32,000 nucleotides of DNA, taken from contig NZ_CP045650.1 of assembly GCF_009557235.1 (NCBI RefSeq), positions 660,001 through 692,000 of the forward strand, given 5' to 3'. The DNA comes from Acinetobacter wanghuae (GTDB lineage: Bacteria > Pseudomonadota > Gammaproteobacteria > Pseudomonadales > Moraxellaceae). The notes below the pieces were generated by a model. The model had not been told where the DNA came from, did not search any database, and was given only the letters and a program-made list of their open reading frames with translations. Shown piece after piece: positions 1 through 9,664 of this stretch. The number at the start of each line of letters is the position of its first letter. Positions within the stretch are counted from its first letter, which is position 1. The position numbers were made by a program, and so were the translations under genes.

Positions 1-1
1 T

Positions 2-352
2 CCAATGGCTGGCAATAGCAACATGAGTCAAGTCAAATTGGTGAAGAAGTCTGTCGCGGAAGTGAATGAAAATACTGATGCTGATGTTGAAAAAGAAAAA
101 AGTGTCGGGAAAGGTTTAGATGCGCTTGCAGAAAAATTGGTTGAGCCTGTTGCAGATAAGCAAACTCAACAACCTGCACTTTCTGCCTCAACTGCAAGCG
201 AAAGTTTTGACCTTGAAGATGAGGCTGAAATTCAAAATGAACAAGAACTAACTGATTCTGAAGCACAGGCTGATACTGAAAATGATCTTGATGGGTCTTC
301 TTCTAAGAAAAGCTTAAATAAACAGGATCAAGATGTTACAAAAGATAAGTGA
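2..352 (+). CDS. Hypothetical acidic, low-complexity protein. It may be truncated at its 5' end by the window edge.
   Basis: The frame is open from base 2, the first ATG is at 5 and the stop is TGA at 350-352. The product is rich in E/D/Q/S/K and I recognise no domain. It is followed by a hairpin at 373-394. Confidence 0.4.
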   Translation, partial: PMAGNSNMSQVKLVKKSVAEVNENTDADVEKEKSVGKGLDALAEKLVEPVADKQTQQPALSASTASESFDLEDEAEIQNEQELTDSEAQADTENDLDGSSSKKSLNKQDQDVTKDK

Positions 353-372
353 TAAAACTTGAACAATATGCT

Positions 373-394
373 GACCTTGATTTGAATCAAGGTC
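373..394 (+). terminator. Perfect 9-bp stem-loop downstream of the acidic ORF. It is terminator-like but has a weak T-tract.
   Basis: The stem is GACCTTGAT (373-381) / ATCAAGGTC (386-394) with loop TTGA. The following sequence TTAGGCTTC is only modestly T-rich. Confidence 0.4.
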
Positions 395-435
395 TTAGGC
401 TTCAGTATTAATGCGACTTCACGTGCCTGAGCATG

Positions 436-464
436 TTGACCAATTTTACATCTTGACTTACAAT
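436..464 (+). promoter_or_regulatory. Candidate sigma70 promoter of the str operon (rpsL).
   Basis: The -35 is TTGACC (436-441), the spacer is 17 nt, and the -10 is TACAAT (459-464). It lies about 60 nt upstream of the rpsL ATG. Confidence 0.5.
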
Positions 465-523
465 TGCATGCCCTCAAAAAGTAGTAGTTTTTTGGGGCTT
501 TTTATTAACGGGAGAATTGCCAA

Positions 524-898
524 ATGGCAACAACAAATCAGTTGATCCGCAAGGGTCGTACGACTTTAGTTGAAAAATCTAAAGTTCCTGCGTTGAAGGC
601 TTGTCCACAACGTCGTGGTGTTTGTACACGTGTTTACACGACTACACCTAAAAAACCTAACTCTGCAATGCGTAAAGTTTGCCGTGTTCGCTTAACTTCA
701 GGTTTTGAAGTGTCTAGCTACATCGGTGGTGAAGGCCATAACCTACAAGAGCACAGTGTTGTTCTTATCCGTGGTGGTCGTGTTAAAGATTTACCAGGTG
801 TGCGTTACCATACCGTTCGTGGTTCTTTAGACTGCGCTGGTGTTAAAGATCGTAACCAGTCTCGTTCTAAATACGGTACTAAACGTCCTAAGAAATAA
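524..898 (+). CDS. rpsL: 30S ribosomal protein S12.
   Basis: The 124-aa product begins [12 protein letters not shown] and contains [27 protein letters not shown], which is canonical S12. A GGGAGA RBS sits at 511-516. Confidence 0.98.
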   Translation: MATTNQLIRKGRTTLVEKSKVPALKACPQRRGVCTRVYTTTPKKPNSAMRKVCRVRLTSGFEVSSYIGGEGHNLQEHSVVLIRGGRVKDLPGVRYHTVRGSLDCAGVKDRNQSRSKYGTKRPKK

Positions 899-1016
899 TT
901 CGTTAAGAATTATTTTTAAGGTCTAGAACCGCAATCCTTTATCGTCTCGCTTGTCTGATTTCTGCATTTAATTTTGTGAAATTCAAGCGACGTGTAGTAA
1001 GGCCAGCTAAAGGTAC

Positions 1017-1057
1017 ATGACACTTTGTACTCATGCTGGATAAACCTGAAGTGTCAT
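1017..1057 (+). promoter_or_regulatory. Stem-loop just upstream of the rpsG RBS in the rpsL-rpsG spacer. It is a candidate S7 translational-operator region.
   Basis: The stem is ATGACACTT (1017-1025) / AAGTGTCAT (1049-1057), a perfect 9 bp. A second hairpin, TCGCTTG (947-953) / CAAGCGA (984-990), lies upstream. In E. coli S7 is known to autoregulate through the rpsL-rpsG intercistronic RNA. Confidence 0.4.
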
Positions 1058-1075
1058 ATTTATAGGTAGTTTAAA

Positions 1076-1546
1076 ATGCCAAGACGTCGCGTAGTCGCTG
1101 CTCGTGAAATCCTTCCGGATCCTAAATTCAGTAGCCAAACAATCGCTAAATTCATGAACCACGTAATGCAAGATGGTAAAAAATCTATTGCTGAAAGTAT
1201 CGTTTACGGTGCTTTAGACCGCGTTCAAGAAAAATCTAAAGTAGACCCAGTTGAATTCTTCGAGACTACTCTTGAAAAAGTTCGTCCTATGGTCGAAGTT
1301 AAAGCACGCCGTGTTGGTGGTGCTACATACCAAGTACCTATGGAAGTACGCCCATCCCGTCGTACTGCCTTGGCTATGCGTTGGTTAGTAGATGCTGCTG
1401 CTAAGCGTTCTGAAAAAACTATGGCTTTACGTCTTGCTGGCGAGTTGCTTGATGCAGCTGAAGGTAAAGGCGCAGCGGTTAAAAAACGTGAAGATGTGCA
1501 CCGTATGGCTGAAGCCAACAAAGCCTTCTCTCACTACCGTTTCTAA
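1076..1546 (+). CDS. rpsG: 30S ribosomal protein S7.
   Basis: The 156-aa product begins [18 protein letters not shown] and contains [19 protein letters not shown], which is canonical S7. Confidence 0.98.
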   Translation: MPRRRVVAAREILPDPKFSSQTIAKFMNHVMQDGKKSIAESIVYGALDRVQEKSKVDPVEFFETTLEKVRPMVEVKARRVGGATYQVPMEVRPSRRTALAMRWLVDAAAKRSEKTMALRLAGELLDAAEGKGAAVKKREDVHRMAEANKAFSHYRF

Positions 1547-1552
1547 GCAAAT

Positions 1553-1646
1553 AAAACAGGCCCTTATCAGGACAGTGATGGTTTGGGTTTCACTCAACTG
1601 TCATCAAAGCGCTTTAAGTTGCTAGCAACTTAAAGCGTCCTGTTTT
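1553..1646 (+). other. Structured intercistronic element between rpsG and fusA. A closing stem encloses two internal hairpins, one of them terminator-like.
   Basis: The closing stem is AAAACAGG (1553-1560) / CCTGTTTT (1639-1646). Hairpin A is GACAG (1571-1575) / CTGTC (1598-1602). Hairpin B is a perfect 13-bp palindrome, CGCTTTAAGTTGC (1610-1622) TA GCAACTTAAAGCG (1625-1637), followed by TCCTGTTTT. Confidence 0.5.
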
Positions 1647-1676
1647 AAACAACAAAATTTAGGAATGCAAGAAATC

Positions 1677-3815
1677 ATGGCTCGTCAAACCCCAATTTCT
1701 CGTTATCGTAACATTGGTATTTCTGCGCACATTGATGCTGGTAAAACAACCACTTCAGAACGTATCCTGTTCTACACAGGTGTATCTCACAAACTTGGTG
1801 AAGTACATGACGGCGCAGCAACCATGGACTGGATGGAACAAGAGCAAGAACGTGGTATTACAATCACTTCAGCTGCTACAACTTGTTTCTGGTCTGGTAT
1901 GGCTAAACAGTACCCAGAACACCGTATCAACGTAATTGATACCCCGGGACACGTAGACTTCACAATTGAAGTTGAACGTTCTATGCGTGTTCTTGATGGT
2001 GCATGTATGGTTTACTGTGCTGTAGGTGGTGTTCAACCTCAGTCTGAAACTGTATGGCGTCAAGCAAACAAATACCAAGTGCCTCGTTTAGCATTCGTGA
2101 ACAAGATGGACCGTACAGGTGCAAACTTCTTCCGCGTTGTTGAACAAATGCGTACTCGTCTAGGTGCTCACCCTGTACCAGTTGTTATCCCAGTTGGTGC
2201 TGAAGATAACTTCCAAGGTGTTGTTGACCTTATCGAAATGAAAGCAATCATTTGGGACGAAGCGTCTCAAGGTATGCAATTCGAATATGGCGATATCCCT
2301 GCTGACCTTGTTGCTACTGCTGAAGAATGGCGTACTAACATGGTTGAAGCTGCGGCTGAAGCATCTGAAGAGTTGATGGATGAATACCTAAACAATGGCG
2401 ATTTGACAAAAGAACAAATCGTTGCTGGTCTTCGTGCTCAAACTTTGGCTTGTGAAATTCAACCTATGCTTTGTGGTTCGGCGTTCAAGAACAAAGGTGT
2501 TCAACGTATGTTGGATGCTGTGATTGACTTCCTACCATCACCGACTGAAGTTAAAGCGATCGAGGGTATCCTTGATGACAAAGCTGAAACTAAAGCGACT
2601 CGTGAAGCATCTGACGAAGCTCCGTTCTCTGCGTTAGCGTTCAAAATCATGAACGATAAATTCGTAGGTAACTTAACATTCGTACGTGTTTATTCTGGTG
2701 TGCTTAAACAAGGCGACCCAGTATACAATCCAGTGAAATCTAAACGTGAACGTATCGGCCGTATCGTGCAAATGCATGCGAACGAACGTCAAGACGTTGA
2801 AGAAATCCGCGCTGGTGATATCGCTGCATGTGTAGGTCTTAAAGACGTTACCACTGGTGATACACTTTGTGATGAGAAAAACATCATTACACTTGAGCGT
2901 ATGGAATTCCCTGAGCCAGTAATTTCTTTAGCTGTAGAGCCTAAGACAAAAGCTGACCAAGAAAAAATGTCTATCGCGCTTGGTCGTTTGGCAAAAGAAG
3001 ATCCATCGTTCCGTGTTCGCACAGACGAAGAATCTGGTCAAACAATTATTGCAGGTATGGGTGAGCTTCACCTTGACATTCTTGTTGACCGTATGAAACG
3101 TGAATTTAACGTTGAAGCGAACATTGGTAAACCAATGGTTGCTTACCGCGAAACAATCAAAAAGACTGTTGAGCAAGAAGGTAAATTCGTACGTCAAACA
3201 GGTGGTAAAGGTAAATTCGGTCACGTATATGTTCGTTTAGAACCTATGGATGTTGACGAATCAGGTAAAGAATACGAATTCGTTGAAGAAGTTGTCGGTG
3301 GTGTTGTACCGAAAGAATTCTTCGGCGCAGTTGACAAAGGTATTCAAGAACGTATGAAGAATGGTGTATTGGCTGGTTACCCTGTTGTGGGTATCAAAGC
3401 GACACTATTTGATGGTTCTTACCATGATGTCGATTCTGACGAATTATCGTTCAAAATGGCGGGTTCTTATGCCTTCCGTGATGGTTTCATGAAAGCGGAT
3501 CCTATCCTTCTTGAACCAATCATGAAAGTTGAAGTAGAAACTCCAGAAGACTACATGGGCGATATCATGGGTGACTTAAACCGTCGTCGTGGTATGGTTC
3601 AAGGTATGGACGATCTTCCTGGCGGTACTAAAGCAATTAAAGCTGAAGTTCCACTTGCTGAGATGTTTGGTTACGCGACTCAAATGCGTTCTATGTCTCA
3701 AGGTCGTGCGACTTATTCTATGGAATTTGCTAAATATGCTGAAACTCCACGTAACGTGGCTGAAGGCATCATTTCTAAGTTCCAGTCTGGCGGTAAAAAA
3801 GGTGACGACGAGTAA
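1677..3815 (+). CDS. fusA: Translation elongation factor G.
   Basis: The product [35 protein letters not shown] is a full-length EF-G of 712 aa. I moved the start from the track ORF ATG (1665) to 1677 to match the conserved MAR N-terminus. Confidence 0.97.
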   Translation: MARQTPISRYRNIGISAHIDAGKTTTSERILFYTGVSHKLGEVHDGAATMDWMEQEQERGITITSAATTCFWSGMAKQYPEHRINVIDTPGHVDFTIEVERSMRVLDGACMVYCAVGGVQPQSETVWRQANKYQVPRLAFVNKMDRTGANFFRVVEQMRTRLGAHPVPVVIPVGAEDNFQGVVDLIEMKAIIWDEASQGMQFEYGDIPADLVATAEEWRTNMVEAAAEASEELMDEYLNNGDLTKEQIVAGLRAQTLACEIQPMLCGSAFKNKGVQRMLDAVIDFLPSPTEVKAIEGILDDKAETKATREASDEAPFSALAFKIMNDKFVGNLTFVRVYSGVLKQGDPVYNPVKSKRERIGRIVQMHANERQDVEEIRAGDIAACVGLKDVTTGDTLCDEKNIITLERMEFPEPVISLAVEPKTKADQEKMSIALGRLAKEDPSFRVRTDEESGQTIIAGMGELHLDILVDRMKREFNVEANIGKPMVAYRETIKKTVEQEGKFVRQTGGKGKFGHVYVRLEPMDVDESGKEYEFVEEVVGGVVPKEFFGAVDKGIQERMKNGVLAGYPVVGIKATLFDGSYHDVDSDELSFKMAGSYAFRDGFMKADPILLEPIMKVEVETPEDYMGDIMGDLNRRRGMVQGMDDLPGGTKAIKAEVPLAEMFGYATQMRSMSQGRATYSMEFAKYAETPRNVAEGIISKFQSGGKKGDDE

Positions 3816-3866
3816 TCTTTCGATTACTATAAGCGCCAAACTAATTCATAGTTAAAAACCAAAATC

Positions 3867-3892
3867 GCTTATGGAGTTTTTCCTCCATAAGC
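3867..3892 (+). other. Perfect 10-bp stem-loop in the fusA-tuf spacer, 9 nt upstream of the tuf RBS.
   Basis: The stem is GCTTATGGAG (3867-3876) / CTCCATAAGC (3883-3892) with loop TTTTTC. No T-tract follows it. Confidence 0.5.
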
Positions 3893-3912
3893 AGTTTAAA
3901 AAGGAAGATCTC

Positions 3913-5103
3913 ATGGCTAAGGCTAAGTTTGAACGTAATAAGCCACACGTTAACGTGGGCACAATTGGTCACGTCGACCATGGTAAAACAACTTTAACAG
4001 CTGCAATTGCAACTGTATGTGCAAAAACTTTTGGTGGCGAAGCGAAAGACTACGCTGCAATTGACTCTGCACCTGAAGAAAAAGCACGTGGTATTACAAT
4101 TAATACTTCACACGTTGAGTATGACTCAGTTATTCGTCACTACGCACACGTAGACTGCCCGGGTCACGCCGATTATGTTAAAAACATGATTACTGGTGCT
4201 GCTCAAATGGACGGCGCGATCCTTGTATGTGCTGCGACTGATGGTCCTATGCCACAGACTCGTGAACACATCCTTCTTTCTCGTCAGGTAGGTGTACCTT
4301 ACATCGTTGTATTCTTAAACAAATGCGACCTTGTAGACGACGAAGAGCTTCTTGAACTAGTTGAAATGGAAGTTCGTGAACTTCTTTCTACTTATGACTT
4401 CCCAGGTGATGACACTCCAATCATCCGTGGTTCAGCTCTAGCTGCACTTAACGGTGACCAAGGTCAATACGGCGAGCCAGCAGTAGTTGCTCTAGTTGAA
4501 GCGCTTGACTCTTACATTCCAGAACCAGAACGTGCAATCGATAAAGCATTCTTGATGCCAATCGAAGATGTATTCTCGATCTCTGGTCGTGGTACTGTGG
4601 TAACTGGTCGTGTTGAATCAGGTATCGTTAAAGTAGGCGAAGAAGTAGAAATCGTTGGTATTAAAGATACAGTTAAAACAACTGTAACTGGCGTTGAAAT
4701 GTTCCGTAAATTGCTTGACGAAGGTCGTGCAGGCGAGAACTGTGGTGTTCTTCTACGTGGTACTAAACGTGAAGACGTTCAACGTGGTCAAGTATTGACT
4801 AAACCAGGTGCGATCAAACCGCATACTAAATTCGATGCAGAAGTATACGTACTTTCTAAAGAAGAAGGTGGTCGTCATACTCCGTTCCTTAACGGCTACC
4901 GTCCACAGTTCTACTTCCGTACAACTGACGTAACTGGTGCAATCGCTCTTCAAGAAGGCGTTGAAATGGTTATGCCTGGTGACAACGTAGAAATGTCAGT
5001 AGAATTAATCCACCCAATCGCAATGGACGCAGGCTTACGCTTCGCAATCCGTGAAGGTGGTCGTACTGTTGGTGCTGGTGTTGTAGCTAAAGTTACTGCA
5101 TAA
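3913..5103 (+). CDS. tuf: Translation elongation factor Tu.
   Basis: The product [28 protein letters not shown] is 396 aa. The ATG is at 3913 and an AAGGAAG RBS sits at 3901-3907. The track ORF start at 3871 is a false upstream extension. Confidence 0.98.
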   Translation: MAKAKFERNKPHVNVGTIGHVDHGKTTLTAAIATVCAKTFGGEAKDYAAIDSAPEEKARGITINTSHVEYDSVIRHYAHVDCPGHADYVKNMITGAAQMDGAILVCAATDGPMPQTREHILLSRQVGVPYIVVFLNKCDLVDDEELLELVEMEVRELLSTYDFPGDDTPIIRGSALAALNGDQGQYGEPAVVALVEALDSYIPEPERAIDKAFLMPIEDVFSISGRGTVVTGRVESGIVKVGEEVEIVGIKDTVKTTVTGVEMFRKLLDEGRAGENCGVLLRGTKREDVQRGQVLTKPGAIKPHTKFDAEVYVLSKEEGGRHTPFLNGYRPQFYFRTTDVTGAIALQEGVEMVMPGDNVEMSVELIHPIAMDAGLRFAIREGGRTVGAGVVAKVTA

Positions 5104-5117
5104 GTATTAATTGTGTG

Positions 5118-5150
5118 AAAAAAAAGCGCTCCTTTGGGGCGCTTTTTTTT
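5118..5150 (+). terminator. Rho-independent terminator of the str operon.
   Basis: The stem is AGCGCTCC (5125-5132) / GGGGCGCT (5136-5143) with one G-U pair. It is flanked by an A-run and an 8-nt T-run (5143-5150). Confidence 0.85.
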
Positions 5151-5314
5151 GATCTCAATAAACAGAAATTGTCAGACAATTATTTTAAAAGCTGTCCTTA
5201 ACTGATATTTCACTGACCTTAACTGCGATTATGTCAATTTGATAACTCGGTAATATAACTAACAGAATATAAATATTACATTCGGGTCAGGATTGACTTG
5301 TAAGGAGTAATCGC

Positions 5315-6196
5315 ATGAACGCTAAAGTGAATATTACCAATCGTGCTGGTGCAAGCTTTCCAGTGCGTCGTATGAATTTTGATTTTGATGCAGTACCTGA
5401 ATACTGGATGAAAGGTGATGCAGGCTTAACCCATTTTATGACGGCTTTATCTGCACTTTTCCCAGCAGGTGAAAAATTCTTTATTGATAGTGTCCGTGCG
5501 GTACGTAAGCATCCTGCTATTGCAAATGATGAAGCATTACAAAAAGAAATTTCTGCTTTCATTGGGCAAGAAGCGATGCATACTCAAGAGCATGTCGGTT
5601 TCAATGCATCTGCACAAAAGTACGGTCACGATGTTGATACTTTAGATTGTTACACAGATAAAGTCATTCAAGGCACGCGCAAATTTATGGCAATTTTGGG
5701 TAAGCCTGTGGGTATTACTCAGGAAATGGTTGATCTAACGGCAACCACAGCACTTGAGCACTTTACCGCAACGATTGCTTCGCAACTCTTGACCAATACC
5801 CACATTCAAGAACTTATGACTGATGAAACCATGAAAAATATGTGGATGTGGCATGCGATTGAAGAAAATGAACATAAAGCCGTAGCTTATGATGTATTTG
5901 AAGGGGTGTTTGGCAAAGGCTTAAAATCTTATGCGCTGCGCACTTCATCACTTGTTATTGCGATGGTAACTTTACTTATTGTGCAAAGTTATTTCCTTGC
6001 ACGTTTGCTTAAACAAGATAATCAGTTGAATCTCGACTCGCTCAAATCAATTTACACCTACGCGTACAGTCCTTCAAAAGGTGTGATTACTGGCATGGGT
6101 AAAGAAATGCTGATGTATTTCAAACCTGGATTCCACCCAAATGATTTAGATACAAACAGTTTGCTTGAAAAATGGAAAGCAAAATTAGGTTTATAA
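5315..6196 (+). CDS. Predicted metal-dependent hydrolase (COG3687 / PF10118-like).
   Basis: The 293-aa product has an N-terminal region (FDFDAVPEYWMKGDAGLTHFMTALSALFPAGEKFF, then GQEAMHTQEH and HAIEENEHK) that matches my memory of this family. An AAGGAG RBS sits at 5302-5307. The family call is from recall, not from a search. Confidence 0.6.
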   Translation: MNAKVNITNRAGASFPVRRMNFDFDAVPEYWMKGDAGLTHFMTALSALFPAGEKFFIDSVRAVRKHPAIANDEALQKEISAFIGQEAMHTQEHVGFNASAQKYGHDVDTLDCYTDKVIQGTRKFMAILGKPVGITQEMVDLTATTALEHFTATIASQLLTNTHIQELMTDETMKNMWMWHAIEENEHKAVAYDVFEGVFGKGLKSYALRTSSLVIAMVTLLIVQSYFLARLLKQDNQLNLDSLKSIYTYAYSPSKGVITGMGKEMLMYFKPGFHPNDLDTNSLLEKWKAKLGL

Positions 6197-6207
6197 AATT
6201 GAATATG

Positions 6208-6239
6208 AGAAAAGAGCGATGTTAATCGCTCTTTTTTTT
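6208..6239 (+). terminator. Rho-independent terminator.
   Basis: The stem is AAAGAGCGAT (6211-6220) / ATCGCTCTTT (6225-6234) with loop GTTA, followed by a T-run. Confidence 0.85.
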
Positions 6240-6301
6240 ACTCGATTTTTGCTGCAAAGTTTTTATAATGCCAAAGTTAATTCTATATAAGATGAACGAA
6301 G

Positions 6302-6760
6302 ATGATTCGTTTGATGCAAGCTTCCGATGTGTCAGTTGTGGCAAAGATTGAAAGATTGGTACAAAGTCATCCTTGGAGCGTAAAGCAGTTTGAGGAGGCA
6401 GTCAGCAGCTACCAAAGCACGGTCATTGAACAAAATGGTCAAGTGGTCGGATTTTGTATATTGCAGCCCGTGCTCGATGAAGCCAACTTATTGTTAATGG
6501 CGATTGATCCGACTCAACAAGGTAAAGGTTTGGGTTATCAAATTCTAGACGCATCTCTAAATATGCTAAAAAACAATCCGATTCAAATTTTTTTAGAAGT
6601 ACGCGAAAGCAATATTGCCGCGATTAATCTATATCAAAAATCGGGTTTCCATCAAATTGATTTGCGTAAAAATTACTATCCAAATCCGAATGGAACTAAA
6701 GAGCATGCCATTATTATGGTAAAAACCTGCACCGATGATTTTGCCGAGCTGTTTAAATAA
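6302..6760 (+). CDS. rimI: Ribosomal-protein-alanine N-acetyltransferase (GNAT family).
   Basis: The 152-aa product is collinear with E. coli RimI. Matching segments include HPWSVKQFEE, VLDEANLLLMAIDPTQQGKGLG, LEVRESNIAAINLYQKSGF and RKNYYPNPNGTKEHAIIM. Confidence 0.8.
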   Translation: MIRLMQASDVSVVAKIERLVQSHPWSVKQFEEAVSSYQSTVIEQNGQVVGFCILQPVLDEANLLLMAIDPTQQGKGLGYQILDASLNMLKNNPIQIFLEVRESNIAAINLYQKSGFHQIDLRKNYYPNPNGTKEHAIIMVKTCTDDFAELFK

Positions 6761-6784
6761 GCGCGATCGAAACGCATGGCGATA

Positions 6785-7600
6785 TTATTTAATAATTGGA
6801 TTATTCCAACCTGAAGGTAATGTCGTCATGAGGGATTCGCCTAGGTGCTGAATTTCTACGCTGTTTAGGGTGCGGTTGAGTCTGCGCCATTGACCATCAA
6901 TCAGGAGTTCAAGCGGTAAATATTGCGATTTATAATTCATTTTTTTCGAATGCGGCACCCAATAGCCTAAGTATATATATTGCAGACCCAATTTTTGAAT
7001 ATGTTCAATTTGCTTGAGAATGGCAAATACACCCAGTGAACGACGTTTTTCGCTTGGATCAAAGAAGGTATATACCGCCGATAAACCATCATCGAGTAAA
7101 TCACAGGTCGATACACTCAGTAATTTATCATCTTGCCATAATTCTAAAAAGAAACTTTCCGCACAACTTTGTAATAAAAACTTTTCAAATTGATCGTGAC
7201 TTGGCGGATACATATCGCCATCAATATGTCGTTCGTTAATATAGCGTTCATACAAATCATAGTGTACATCACCTGCTTGCTGCGGGCTGCTGATCCGAAC
7301 TTGTAAATCTTGATTGCGTTTCCATGCTTTTTTTTGTGCGCTATTCATTTCATATTCGCGTACAGGCACGCGTGAAGATAAGCATTGGCGACATAAATGA
7401 CATTCGGGACGATAGACAAAATCGCCACTACGACGAAAACCTGAGCGCGAAAGTTCGGAAATAGTTAAAACGTCAATACGGTGTGCTGGATCAAGAAATA
7501 CCATACGTGCAGATTTATTGGGCAAATAGCTGCAATCATGCGGTGGCGTAATGTAATACTGTAAATCATTCAACAGGGATTTGGGGTGATAAGAATTCAT
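6785..7600 (-). CDS. bpt: Arginyl/leucyl-tRNA--protein transferase Bpt (aspartate/glutamate leucyltransferase, ATE family).
   Basis: The 271-aa product has an ATE-like N-terminus (YYITPPHDCSYLPNKSARMVFLDP, then a Cys-rich CHLCRQC motif). It starts 21 nt downstream of aat, and a GAGGGA RBS precedes the ATG at 7600. Confidence 0.85.
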   Translation of the reverse strand: MNSYHPKSLLNDLQYYITPPHDCSYLPNKSARMVFLDPAHRIDVLTISELSRSGFRRSGDFVYRPECHLCRQCLSSRVPVREYEMNSAQKKAWKRNQDLQVRISSPQQAGDVHYDLYERYINERHIDGDMYPPSHDQFEKFLLQSCAESFFLELWQDDKLLSVSTCDLLDDGLSAVYTFFDPSEKRRSLGVFAILKQIEHIQKLGLQYIYLGYWVPHSKKMNYKSQYLPLELLIDGQWRRLNRTLNSVEIQHLGESLMTTLPSGWNNPIIK

Positions 7601-7621
7601 GGCAAATTCCCTCTATTATTT

Positions 7622-8359
7622 TCATTCACATAATTGCGAGATTAACGCTATTGTTTTACTTGAAAATACACGCTCTTTGTAACTTTGCCAATTGATAGAT
7701 GGTTGTTTTATCACATCTTGTAACGAATTAAGATATTCTTGGCGAGAAACTGTGCAGGCGCCAAGGCTAAGTAAGTGCTCATTGACCAATTGACAGTCAA
7801 TCCATGGCAAATTATTTTCTTGTCCCAGTAGCATTAAAGTATAAAACGCCATTTTTGACACATCGGTTTGGGTGCTAAACATCGATTCGCCAAAACAACC
7901 TTTGCCGATGGTTACACCATACAGTCCACCGACGACATCATCTTCATCCCAAACTTCAATGCTATAGGCATAACCTGCTTTGAATAGCGCACAATAGCCT
8001 TGAATAATATCTTCTGAAATCCACGTTTCATCGGCATAACTGCGCGGCAGAGAACACGAACGAATGACTTTTTCAAATTCATGATTGATGGTGATTCTTA
8101 AATCGCGCTTTTTCATATTACGCAGTAACGACTTACTGGGATGATATTCCGCTGGTCGAATAATGCAGCGCGGTTCAGGACTCCACCAACAAATCGGTTC
8201 ACCTTCATTGAACCACGGGAATAATCCATTGCTGTAGGCTTCATACAAAGTAGCAGGGGAGAGGTCAGCCCCAATACAAATCAGACCTTCACCTTCAGGG
8301 TCAAATTCAATCGGGTCGGGAAATAAAAATTGAGAAGGTGGCAGATTTTGCATATACAT
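7622..8359 (-). CDS. aat: Leucyl/phenylalanyl-tRNA--protein transferase.
   Basis: The 245-aa product contains [23 protein letters not shown] and [19 protein letters not shown], typical of Aat. An alternative ATG lies two codons downstream at 8353. Confidence 0.9.
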   Translation of the reverse strand: MYMQNLPPSQFLFPDPIEFDPEGEGLICIGADLSPATLYEAYSNGLFPWFNEGEPICWWSPEPRCIIRPAEYHPSKSLLRNMKKRDLRITINHEFEKVIRSCSLPRSYADETWISEDIIQGYCALFKAGYAYSIEVWDEDDVVGGLYGVTIGKGCFGESMFSTQTDVSKMAFYTLMLLGQENNLPWIDCQLVNEHLLSLGACTVSRQEYLNSLQDVIKQPSINWQSYKERVFSSKTIALISQLCE

Positions 8360-8415
8360 CGAGTCGACTAGGCAATGGTCTTATCATAATGAAAAAAAGG
8401 GTCGACTTATAGTCA

Positions 8416-8440
8416 TAAAAAAACCGCCCCTAAGGACGGT
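8416..8440 (-). terminator. Rho-independent terminator of trxB (minus strand).
   Basis: The minus-strand transcript reads ACCGTCC-TTAG-GGGCGGT followed by TTTTTTTT (plus-strand A-run 8416-8423). Confidence 0.75.
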
Positions 8441-8460
8441 TTTGTTGAAGCAGATGAAAA

Positions 8461-9450
<990 letters not shown>

Positions 9451-9664
9451 TTATACGTGAAACTGTATAACAGTTGTGTGAGATTCAAGACGATATTATT
9501 GATCAAGCAAATCGATTTGAGCTATATAGAATAACAGGGCATGTCGCATACACAATAGTGCATCTTTTTTCACGGAACACGTGCATAATATGCACTTTAT
9601 TGCGACGTTTTTTTGCAGCAAAAAACAAAAGAACATTCATGAAGAATTGGTTACAGGACAGTAT

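Noticed and set aside
1225-1521. Antisense and alternate-frame track ORFs inside highly conserved genes. Examples are 1225-1521(-) and 1392-1625(+) in rpsG, 1714-1935, 1869-2078, 2789-3022, 2928-3224, 3576-3839 and 3589-3855 in fusA, and 4753-4953 in tuf.
   Set aside because: They lie entirely within unmistakable housekeeping CDSs. Their composition is odd (Cys-, Phe- and Ser-rich) and they have no RBS. They are expected by chance in low-GC DNA.
3871-3912. N-terminal extensions of track ORFs. These are tuf from 3871, fusA from 1665, ftsK from 9581, the OmpA lipoprotein from 17521, rep from 18463, argB from 22763, yafJ-like from 23941, hemerythrin from 24988, RnfH from 26673 and fur from 27686.
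   Set aside because: The ORF caller accepts TTG and GTG and takes the furthest upstream start. Conserved N-termini and Shine-Dalgarno sequences point to internal starts, and the extensions read through AT-rich promoter DNA or upstream genes.
8363-8407. Direct repeat of GTCGACT (SalI-containing) flanking 31 bp in the aat-trxB spacer.
   Set aside because: A 7-bp repeat is short enough to occur by chance, and no further structure or coding potential is associated with it.
9461-9475. Possible LexA SOS box (CTGT...ACAG) ahead of ftsK.
   Set aside because: The half-sites are separated by 3 nt, not the 8 nt of the gammaproteobacterial CTGT-N8-ACAG consensus. I kept it only as a generic palindrome in the findings.
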